A DNA stretch of 36,118 bases from Octopus bimaculoides (lineage: Eukaryota), in assembly GCF_001194135.2 (NCBI RefSeq), contig NC_069005.1, positions 33,358,201 to 33,394,318 of the forward strand. The letters are read 5' to 3'. The notes under the pieces are model-generated. The model searched no databases and had not been told where the DNA came from. It saw nothing but the letters and a program-made list of their open reading frames with translations. Positions within the stretch are counted from its first letter, which is position 1. Each line of letters starts with the position of its first letter. The position numbers and the translations under genes were made by a program. Positions 1-11,200 of this stretch are shown here, in pieces.

Positions 1-151
1 ATAAATAAATATATAAATAAATAAATAAATATATAAATAAATAAATATATAAATAAATAAATAAATATATAAATAAATATATAAATAAATAAATATATAT
101 ATAAATAAATAAATAAATAATTATATATATAAATATATAAATAAATAAATA
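1..151. repeat. (ATAA)n/(AT)n simple repeat
   Basis: Direct reading. Many further (TA)n, (CA)n, (GA)n, (GGT)n and (CAT)n tracts occur throughout the window. Confidence 0.98.
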
Positions 152-311
152 CTCTTTTACTTGTTTCAGCCTTTTGACTGTGGCCATGCTATAAATACAT
201 ATATATATAAATAAATATCTATATACATATCTACATATATGTATACAAATATAAGAGGAATGACCAGCATACATATATATATATACATATATATATGTAT
301 ATACATATATA

Positions 312-461
312 CAGTTGTGGTCAAAAGTTTTGGATTTCTTTTTATAGAAAATTGTCTGGCCCAATTACAATTCGATTCGAATATATACCACTTGTATATT
401 TTGGCATTTAATATAAAAATTCTAATTCTCTGACCTTGTTCCAAACTTTTGGCCACAACTG
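312..461. mobile_element. Tc1/mariner-like MITE, 150 bp
   Basis: TIRs CAGTTGTGGTCAAAAGTTT / CAGTTGTGGCCAAAAGTTT (18/19 identical), flanked by TA at 310-311 and 462-463. Confidence 0.85.
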
Positions 462-671
462 TATATACACGTACATGTACACATAGGCATGTATATATGT
501 AAATGTGTTATACATCCATGTATGTGTGTATGTGTAAATATATAGATGTGTATAAATGCATGAATGTATGCAATCTCTAGCACAATAAATACACACACAT
601 GCATGATACAAGATATAAAATATGTGTTGATGAAACCACCTTACCTTACCTTTCTATCTTCTCTATTGCAG

Positions 672-810
672 AGACTTGGACTGTGAAATGACGGTCATGT
701 AGCACTATAAACTAACATGTAGCAATGTTAATTTAGCCATAGACCAATGTGATTGTAAGCCATGTAGCTCTGTAATATTTCAACTGCAATAAACATTGTT
801 GACCAACAAT
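672..810 (+). other. Probable terminal exon and 3' UTR of a convergent plus-strand gene (identity unknown)
   Basis: Polypyrimidine acceptor ccttacctttctatcttctctattgcag| ending at 671; all three frames stop within 31 nt; AATAAA at 788-793. Confidence 0.5.
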
Positions 811-873
811 GCACTTGTCTATGTTAGTCCTTCGATACCCCTCCCACACCATTGTAGGTGAGGCACAGAAGGA

Positions 874-908
<35 letters not shown>

Positions 909-1608
909 AACAAACCAACTACATTCTTTCTGCAATTCAATTATATAAACACACAAACATTTTCTGATATATTATGGAATTTTTTTTTTAGTGTTTTGAG
1001 TCTTTTTTTTAAAATTTTTATTATTAAAACATTCCTCCAAACTCGTTAACTTACGCAATTAAAGATCTTTTCCTTTGCTTCCCCCCTCCCTCCCTAATTC
1101 ATTCTGCTTTGTTCTATTTCACACAAGAGACACACAGACGCCATTTATTGCAATCTTAAAGTTCTTTGATCCGCAAACACCTCATCTACCTCTTCCTCCT
1201 CTTCGTTTCTCTCTCTCTCCACACACACACAGGCCACACCTACAACCACCCACCTCAGATGTTATTGATTCTTTACAATTCCTCCAAAAAATGAGAAAAA
1301 TTAATGTTGTTCCTGTTAAGAATTGAAACTGGATCCTGTCTCTTGTTTTTGCTGCACTACACCACCTACCACAACACACTATATACATGTGTAGACATAC
1401 ACAACAAAGTGTGTGTGTGTGTGTGTTCAGGGCTGCATTGGTGTGTGTGTGTGTATATATATGAGACAATGCGTCCACAGGGCTATGTGAGTGAATGTGT
1501 GCATAAGGCTGTGGAGTGTGTGATGATGTGCACGTGTGTGGATAAGTGGATGAAGTGAAAAGAGACCACTGTCCACCCCCGACCACAAAACTGGATATGT
1601 TATATGAA

Positions 1609-1702
1609 GGGGAGGAGAGGGAGATGCTTAAATGGTAGTCTCATAAGTAGACAAGAGGGGAGAAGGAGGAGGTGCTTAAATGGTAGCCCCACAATTAGAC
1701 AG
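1609..1702. repeat. Two-copy ~46-bp tandem duplication
   Basis: gatgcttaaatggtagtctcataagtagac vs ggtgcttaaatggtagccccacaattagac. Confidence 0.7.
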
Positions 1703-3217
1703 ATATAAACATACAGCAAAGGCACCCCCACTTCACCAAAGGACACACTGGTTATCATTTCTTTTCTCATGAAATTAGAACTCAAAACCACAGAGTCACA
1801 GGCTGCTCTACTCCCACCCACCCCATCCAAGCTTTCTAGTGTCTGCCATGTTAAGATTACGACCTTCCTGAACCAGTTTCCCGATGTTTAAACTGGGATG
1901 GAAGGGAAAAAGGAGAAATACGAGGGCTCAACTGTTTTGAGTACTGGAGCCGGATGCCTCCCCCCAGGGGGAACAGCAAAAGCAGAATCAGTGCGCTGAT
2001 ATATTGCAGATCTCTACCTTTCTTATAGCCATGGTGCCTATTGACAGCCAGGTGGACTATGGCATAAGCCACACAACCCACAAACTGTGCAATGACTCCA
2101 CAGGGATGGTCCAGCAAGAACTCTCCAGCCAGAGTCTCAATGTTGTTCATTTTGTCCGATGACTGTGGGTCTTCGATGAGGAGACAAATCTCTTTGACCA
2201 CCACAAGCACAGGTTGCTAAGCTATGCTCCGTCAGCCAAGTGGACTGAGGCCAGAGCTGAAGGTTTTCTTCTTAACCACTTCCAGTTCCTATTGAGTAAG
2301 AAGCACAGAAATAAAGAGCAAAAAGAGGGACAAATACCTTCAGCCGATTCTTAAGCAGCGCCATCACAGACTGCACCCAAAGAATGGCGAGATCAACATC
2401 GCTGGGACCCAGGTTTAGACAGTCTCATCATCATCATCGTTTAACATCCATAGATTGGACCAATAAAATTTAGAAGGACATTTGATTGTTGTAGGCTGAT
2501 ATGTGGACCTAAAACTGCGGTCAAAGAAAAGGGGTTGTTACGAGATGACAGAATACTGAGCCCAGAAAAACAACAACAGAGAGAATTTGAACCCACGACC
2601 TTCCAATTTATCTGACAAGTCTTGATTTCTAGAAATTACATAAGGGGTGTGGGTGGGTGTGTTAGTGAGTCAGTTCTTTAGTTGCTTCAACCCATCGAGA
2701 GTACTGGCCATGCTGGAATTCTCTCCATCCCTCCTCCTCCCATTAAATCCCACCCACCCTTCACTACCACCACCCCACTTATCATTTTCAGCAGATTTAA
2801 GTTAAATAAGGAAAAAAAAGAAAAAAAAGAAAAAATCCATTTCTGAATCAGTGTGTGAGTGGATGTGAGAGGGGTGAGGGGGAGACAGAAAGAGGGAGAA
2901 AGAAAGAGAGAGAGAGAGGTGAGGTGGAGGGAGGGGGGAATAAAAAGAGGAACGAGACTCCAAACAACCCTTAAGATCCACTGCACACACACACAAACGG
3001 CTGCTGCCAGAGTGGACACAATAGCGGTAGGGGCGGTAGTGGTTTGAGAGTGAGGGTGTGAGGAGATGCAATCAGAGAGTGAGCTGGGTGGGCGGAGGGG
3101 ATGTGGTTTCTCTCCACTGCATGGCAACTGTTACAGGAAGTGGTGGTGGTGGTGGTGATGGCAATTGTAGAGGAAGGTGGTGGTGGTGGTGTTTGGCTGG
3201 AGGTGGTGGTGGGGTCT

Positions 3218-3340
3218 TCAGAGATGCAGAGAACTGAGGTACTCCAGCTTGTGATGTAAAAGGTCCGTGACTTGGTGAGCAGACTGTTGATAGCTCTCTT
3301 CAACTCTCTTCCACATCATCATCTCCATGGCAACGTCCTC
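3218..3340 (-). CDS. NAA25: NAA25 exon 28, last coding exon ([20 protein letters not shown]...LSSLHL*, 123 nt)
   Basis: ttattag| acceptor; TGA at 3220-3218; aligns to the human C-terminus KVQSSYLHS. Confidence 0.93.
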   Translation of the reverse strand, partial: EDVAMEMMMWKRVEESYQQSAHQVTDLLHHKLEYLSSLHL

Positions 3341-6171
3341 CTAATAAAATAGATCATCAATGGTTAAGAATACAAAGAAAAGAAAAGACGATCAAGCAAA
3401 GAGCATGTAATTTTTAATTCAAACATAATTACAGATTTGCTGAGAAATAATGCATAAAGCTCCTTAACAGCTGTTTCTAGAATAGCTGAGCACAACGCAC
3501 AGCGAACAAAGATTTCCACGTAAAAGCCAGTTTTATATATCCTCATCAGCATCATCGTTGTTATTATTATTTAACGTTTGCTTTCCATGCTGGCAGGGAT
3601 TGGACAGTTCGACTGAGAACTGACAAGCTGGGAGGCTGTACCAGGTTCCAGTCGGATTGGAGCCTGGTGCAACCTCCCAGCTTCCCAGTCAAAGTGTCCA
3701 ATCCCTGCCAGCACGGAAAGCAAACATTAAGCAACAACGAGGATGAGGATATATATATACATATATACACACAGCAAGACACAAATACCACTGTTAAAAA
3801 TAGAGTAACCCTTTAGCATTTAAGCCGGAAAAATCCAGCACAAATATTCTCCCTGTATTACATTCAAACTGGCCACATCTGACCTCTCACACCTACTCTA
3901 CACTGTTATTCTAAAAATAATTGCATTATTGAAACCTCAAAGCTACAAAAATAATGCATGTTTAAATCAAAACAAGTTGAATAAAAAAAGTGTTACACTT
4001 CATAGAGTAATCCAAATGCTAAAGAGAAAGACCCCTCACACACACATTTGATGGTATAAAAAGTGAATCCCAAATTCAGCAGGAAAGGTTTCTTTTTTTT
4101 AGTGCATTGAAACAGGTAATAAGCCAAATTTGTATTTAGGACCTGGGGTGATTTTTGGAAGCCCTTTTTTCACGATAAAAAGTGTGTCTTGTATGCCATC
4201 AAATACGGTGTGTGTGTGTGAGAGTATGTATGCACACACGTTACATATATATATATATATATATATAGACTCACCTCTTCCGAAGAGATACTCTCAGTCA
4301 AGTTGAGATGATGTAAATTCAATAACTTAAACACTGGATTAATATCTGTGACAGCTTTATGGAGTTCATGTGTTGACTTTTCCAGGCTTGCTGTTAGGTT
4401 GTTGAAATTTTCAAAAGTCTTCGGCTGCAAAACAACAGAGGACACAAAACGGTAAGCAGAATGGGAGACATTGACAAATTGTACTCCCACACGGACATAC
4501 AATGGTTTACTGGACTGCCCCCGTGTGTGTGTACATACATACGAGCTCTGTTCAATAAGTATATGGACTGTTGCCATAGTAATGAAGATAAAGCACACAG
4601 AGTGAAGTCGCTCGGCAAAGATTGACTTTGAACTCTGCTGCTGTTTACAGCAGTGCTTGGAAGGAAGGTGTGTAGTGTGTGATCGTTGCATTGACCATGT
4701 CATAGAAAGTTGTCATGGTGATACCTGCTCAGAAAGTATATGGAGGGGAGTGTATGATGAAATGCCACTAAGCCTTCTGCCAGCTCACCACCTTTAATAA
4801 TAATAATTCTTTCTACCAAAGGCAGATGGCCTGAAATTTGAGGGGAGGGGTTAATCAATTACATAGACTCCAGTGCTCAACTGGTATCTATTTTATCAAC
4901 TGTGAAAGGATGAAAGACAAAGTTGACCTTGGCAGAATTCAAATACAGAACCTAAAGAATTGGAAGAAATCCTGCAACATATTTTGTGAAATCCTTCAAG
5001 AATTCTACTCCACACACACACAATGTGAATAAAATCCACTGACCTGGGGTATATTTAATTCTTTCTTCTTTTTGTTCTTCTTCACCCAAGATGTCTTCAT
5101 GGGTTTCAATATACGATGGCAGACAGCTGCCAGAATGGTAATATGTGAGATGGTCTTGGAATGGAGAAGAGAAATCAGACATTACAAACGGTTAAATGAG
5201 AGATGCTGATGGAATGGAGAATAGAAACAAATCATCACAATTTACAAGATGTCACTTAAACAAAAAGCACAAATATTTTCAGTAGTTTTTGCAACCACAA
5301 AAGAACCCAGGTCCCTGGCCCAAGCCTTTGGCTCACCTATAATGCCCCGGTCCCTGGCCCAAGCCTTTGGCTCACCTATAATGCCCCGGTCCCTGGCCCA
5401 AACCTTCGGTTCACCTACAATACCATTTATCATCACAGGGGAAGTGGAATCTTATTTCATCCAAGGACGTATTGTCTGTGGTGCTGCTGCAAGAGGGAAG
5501 GGTAGCTCATATCATCCCAAGGGGTAGAGACCTTATCCCGTCCTGAAAAAGTGACAGGGTCGACTGAGTTGCAGCTGGCCGAGTCCATGAGTTTACAGTT
5601 TATAAACCATTTGTGTTGCACTAAATTTAATCCAGGTAAGTACAAATAGGCACCACAAGGAGGCACAGGTGGCAACAGTCAACTGCTCATCAATGACGAG
5701 GACAGGTCTGTCTTACAACAGAATCAACAGATCGAATTTTCTACACAACATCTTGACAAGTTTCCTAAGATCAGCCCACCATTCGTCGTCCATACCATTA
5801 GAGTTGTCTGTCTATCCTGCACCCATTGCTTCATTTCCTGCCATTCTCTCAGTCTTACAACAGATCATGGACAGGTGGGACAATTAAGTATACAGGTAGG
5901 TGCATGTGTAACTGGGTAGGTAGATGAACAGGTAGGTGGGTAATTAGATAGGTAGCAGAGTTGGTAAACTGGAATGTAGGTAGGTAGGCAGGTAGGTACT
6001 CACCTCAGCTAAAAGCACAAGATTTTCCAGTAAAGTAAGGTTCCATGTTTTCTTACCATTCTCTTCACTGATTAAACTACATTTGTGCTTAGACACCAGA
6101 CCTGTGGAGGGAGAGAGAGAGAGAGAGATACAATTAGGGTTAGAGAAGGGCAAGAGACGGATGGTTGTGAC

Positions 6172-6203
<32 letters not shown>

Positions 6204-8224
6204 AAGAGAGAGAAGATATAAAAGTAAAGTTTACCATCAACGAGAGATACTACAGTTGTCTGAATTCTTTTTTCTTCCTCTTCATCTGCTTTGTCTGTAA
6301 AAAAAAAAGACAGAAATGAATATAAATATATGCGTGCATGTGTGTGTGTGCATACACAGGCACAGACTTTAGTTCATTTAACAGCCATTATTTCTCTGCT
6401 TGAATGTGTTGGATGGGGATGTATTTGAAGCAGGATGCTCTTCCTGTCGCCAATTCTTCACCTGTTTTTCAAGAAAGGGATTATATATTCCAGAGGACTT
6501 CAAAAGCAGAGAGAGAGACCAGTCGTCATATTTTAAAAAGGAATGGCAACAGGAAACATCAACTCATCAGCAGAGACAAGCAAAACCTTGGAATACTTGC
6601 ATCTCTGCACATTTGCACATATGGTGCAGGCATGGCTGTGTGGTAAGAAGCTTGCTCTCCAACCACACGGTTCCAAGTTCAGTCCCATTGCGTGGCATCT
6701 AGTGCAAGTGTATTCTACTATAGCCCTGAGAGTGGATTTGGTAGATGGAAATTGAAAGAAGCCCGTTGTATATATGTAAATGTGTTTGTCCCCCACCACC
6801 ATCACTTGACAACCGATGTTGGTGTGTTTATGTCCTCATAACTTAGCGGTTCGGCTAAGTATATATATATGTGTGTTAGTCGTCACCCATCACAAGAAGC
6901 CGCCCTCCACCCCCAACAACAACCCTTGTTATTTGGTGCAACAATGGAATAAAACTTACCGAAACCGTTCTCGTACAAGAGGTGAATATAAAGAACATGC
7001 TCGACCATTAGCAGGAATACTTGGTGATGGTTTTGTAGGAGATACGAAGATATCCGTGTCGGATAGGGTCCATGGATGGTGTACTGGAAATAGAAATAAA
7101 GGCAACATGTGGGTGAAGCTACATTAGGATTGCACCACATCAACGTGTAGGCTTGTCACCATGTGGCAGACAGTTAAGACAGCTTCAGGTAAGGAGACTC
7201 ACAAGCAAACTAGAGACAGCATTATGTGTTTATACAGCTTTAGATTCTGTGTACATATACGTCAGAGACAGGCATTACAGCCACACACGTAGAGAGAGAA
7301 TGGTGTCGTAGTAAGTTATGCAGCTTACCTTGATGGGTAGTTTGTAATGTTTACAGTCGATGACATGTTGTTGAAATAATTGCTTAAGGTCTCTCAAAAC
7401 ATGCACCATTGGTCTCTTACTAACAGCACTGGTACCATTCTGTGTAGTGGTAGCACTACTGTCAGGCTGACGACCCAAGTAGATCGCTGCTATCAACGTA
7501 CGCAGCAGGTAACTGTGTAACTTCAGCCAGGCTTTCTGTAACCGAGGAAGAGAGAGACAATGAGACACTGGGTGGGTGAGAGAGACTCACAGGTAAGGTG
7601 GGTGTGAGGTGAGTGGACAGAGAATGGTGGGGGGGGGGNNNNNNNNNNNNNNNNNNNNNNNNNNNNNNNNNNNNNNNNNNNNNNNNNNNNNNNNNNNNNN
7701 NNNNNNNNNNNNNNNNNNNNNNNNNNNNNNNNNNNNNNNNNNNNNNNNNNNNNNNNNNNNNNNNNNNNNNNNNNNNNNNNNNNNNNNNNNNNNNNNNNNN
7801 NNNAATGCGTAACTGGTACTTATTTAATTGTCCCCGAAAGGATGAAAGGCAAGGTCGACCTTGGTGGAATTTGAACTCACAACATAGTGACAGGCGAAAT
7901 ACCGCTAAGCATTTCACCTGGCATGCTACCAATTCCTCCAGCTTGCCACCTTCATAGACAAAGAAGACACCGGGGTCAAAACTGATTGACAAACAGAATT
8001 AAGGTTCCTTACCTCCTCCATAAAAGACTTCTCTTGTAGTTCTTTCAATGTCTGTCTGAAGGATAAAGAAATACACACAATGTTAGGGACGGAGCAAAAG
8101 TCACCACTGCCATTATCATCACAATCAAACCATTACCACCACCATCAATCAGAAGGCTGGGCCACCAACCAGGCTTTTCGCGACACCCTTAAAGCTAGGA
8201 ACCTTAGCATCCCCTCATACACAG

Positions 8225-8275
<51 letters not shown>

Positions 8276-11200
8276 CAGATATGCATCTATATATACAGGT
8301 AGAAGATGTAAGTATGTACATACATGTACGTATATATGCATATACTCATTTATTATTTGTTATATATATATATATATACATATATAGAGAGAGCACTACC
8401 AGAAGAAAGTGACAAATATTTATCCATCTGAAGTGCCTCAATTGTTTAGAAATGTCCACACATACAGACATATACAAACAAAGAGTGATGTAGGTAGACA
8501 TGACAACATGACACGATACACACAACACTGCCAGAAGAGAGATCAAGCTGACACTCAAACTGGAAGGTCCCGGTTACTACACACACACACAACGAGGTGA
8601 CACTCACCCATCTGGAGGGTCCCAATTACTAAGTAATGTGAAATCTCTGTTGTCCTGTAAATCTTTCTCTCCTTTCGTCCGATCTGGAAATATTAAAAAA
8701 AGAAAGACAAGTCAATGAAGTATGGCTTGTGTTTAGAGGAAAAGAAGAGCTTGCTGTTCACATACACACGTAAATATTTATGTGTCATCATCGTTTAACA
8801 TCCGCCTTCCATGCTAGCATGGGTTGGACGATTTGACTGAGTTACTACACAGCCATACCGGCGCCTATATATAGTTACCTTAATTTTACATCAAAATTTG
8901 CTAATTAGGTGGAGGCGTGGTAAGAAGCTTGCTTCCCAACCACATGGTTCCGGGTTCAGTCCCACTGCGTTGCACCCTGGGCAAGTGTCTTCTTGTATAG
9001 CCTCAGGCTGACCAAAGCCTTGTGAGTGGATTTGGTAGACGGAAACTGAAAGAAGCCAGTCATATATATTTGTATGTGTCTTTGTCTCTGCCACCATTGT
9101 TTGACAACCGATGTTGGTGTGTTTATGTCCCTGACAGAATAACTACTAAGCTTACAAAGAATAAGTCCTGGGGTCGATTTCTTTGACCAAAGGCAGTGCT
9201 CCAGCATGGCCGCAGTCAAATGACTGAAACAAGTAAAAGAATAAAAGAAAGTGAGAAGACCCGGCAAGCCAAGTAAGATCGTTGCCAGTGCCCCTGGACT
9301 GGTTCTTGTGCGGGTGGCACATGAGATGCACCATTTTGAGCGTGGCCGTTGCCAGTACCGCCTGACTGGCTCCTGTAGGATTTTCGAGCGAGATCGTTGC
9401 CAGTGCCCCTGGACTGGCTTGTGCGGGTGGCACATAAAAGACACCATTTCGAGCGTGGCCGTTTTCGTGCGGGTGACACGTAAAAGCACCCACTACACTC
9501 TCTGAGTGGTTGGCGTTAGGAAGGGCATCCAGCTGTAGAAACTCTGCCAAATCAGACTGGAGCCTGGTGTTGCCATCCGGTTTCACCAGTCCTCAGTCAA
9601 ATCGTCCAACCCATGCTAGCATGGAAAGCGGACGTTAAACGATGATGATGATGATGATGATGATGTAGTCTTTACTGATGGACTTGCAAGGGAGATCACC
9701 ACAGCTTCACTATAATTCTGCGAGAGAGAGTTATGAGGGAGTCTCAGTAATTCATGGCAGAACAAATATCACAAGTAAGTTTGATAATATTATTTGGTAA
9801 AAGATTTACATGGAGAGAAACAGAGAGGACAAGCTTCAGCACAGTCTTCAGTTAGTAAATGTCAGTGACAGGACATTGGTCAACACAAAGTTATGAGTTT
9901 ATTTGAATAGACAGGAGTCCACCCAGTGTACTTGGAGACTGGAGAGGAACGAGGTGAGTGGGGGTTGTAGGTTGGGTGGCTGATGTGGGTGAGAGACATG
10001 GGGGGAGTGTGGTAGGAGGGAGAGGAGAAGCAAAGAACAACTCACCAACGTCTGGATCAATTGCCATATTCGTTAACATCATTTCTGTACTGTTGTGGCT
10101 GGAACAAAGACAGGACATTCTGAGTAATGTTTGGTGTATGGTGCAGAGAGAGAGAAGAACAGAACCAACTAAATACAAGCCAAACAACAACTCAAATACC
10201 CAGACACACTTCCATATATATATACATACACACACACAGCTATCATCCTGTATGGACCACATCCTGAAATCTGTCCTCAATTTCTTAATAGAACATAGTT
10301 ACTGTCTATTGACAATAGTTGATTCATATGAAGTGGTCATGGCTGGACACTTCATCAGTCTCCCAACTCAACATCTAGCCCTTGGGTGTCTTTAGTGGAG
10401 GCCACTATGTTTCCGGTCTCCACATGTTCTTCCTCTCATCAAATAACATGCATCATTCTCCTGTACACACAGCAAACATCTCTCTCCTGTATGCATCAGT
10501 TCATATAGACACACTGCAGATAGCTCTTTCCTGTATACAACAATCAATATATACACACACCACATGCATCACTCTCCTATACACACCAATTGACATATAC
10601 ACATTGTAGACACCTCTCTGCTGTATACATCAATTGACCCCTTCAATATTCCACTACACCCTCCCCCACGTGTTAACATTATGCACACTTCATTCCTGTC
10701 CAATCACCACAACTATTCCAACATCTTAACCGCCATCCTCTTCTGACACTCAGCTCAAAGACTAGTCTTTTACAACCAAAATCAGTACCACGACCCCCCT
10801 CCCTCACACAATGGAGAAAGTGTACTGACTTGCAGGTCTCCAGCACCAAGTCTAATAACAAACTCTCTTCGATGGCTGAAGCGTACTGCAAGGAATTCTG
10901 AAGTCGCTCTCGGAACTGGACAAATTCATGGATCTAAGGAAGATACGAAGAGAAATGGAAGAACTAAATAAATGATAGCCTTTGAGCAAATTAAGGGTAT
11001 ATGAGATGGTGGGGTAAAAGGGTGCTGGGATTAAAATCTAGAACTGTAGAGTGGAAATGTGGTGGAGGTCACACTCAAGATGGTTGAGCCTTATAGAGAA
11101 AACGACACAGAATAAAGATGAGCAAACTTGAAGACGTTTGGAACAATCCTTTGAGATTTTGTTGGGAAGGAGCTTAGTCGATTACAACAAGCCCCAGAGC

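Noticed and set aside
1017-1149. AATAAA hexamers on the minus strand (1017-1022, 1144-1149) as the NAA25 poly(A) signal
   Set aside because: Plausible, but about 2.1 kb from the stop in AT-rich sequence; cannot be chosen without 3'-end data
166-1586. Many ORFs rich in YIYI, HTHT and CVCV
   Set aside because: Translations of (TA)n and (CA)n microsatellites; the same applies to similar ORFs across the window
4425-4703. In-frame upstream extension of exon 27 (177-aa ORF)
   Set aside because: No NAA25 similarity, a strong acceptor at 4425-4426, and the gene model is complete without it
5242-5527. ORFs with 13-aa repeats, and a CRISPR-like look to the repeat
   Set aside because: Head-to-tail 39-bp minisatellite with no spacers; the ORFs exist only because the unit is a multiple of 3
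7462-7992. ORFs spanning N-gaps (also at 15.4, 27.1, 30.5 and 34.5 kb)
   Set aside because: Length is inflated by unknown bases; no missing NAA25 exon is needed in any gap
8956-9586. Long minus-strand ORFs (177, 144 and 87 aa)
   Set aside because: They lie entirely within SINE B and family C repeats; the repeated peptides mirror the 115-bp internal duplication
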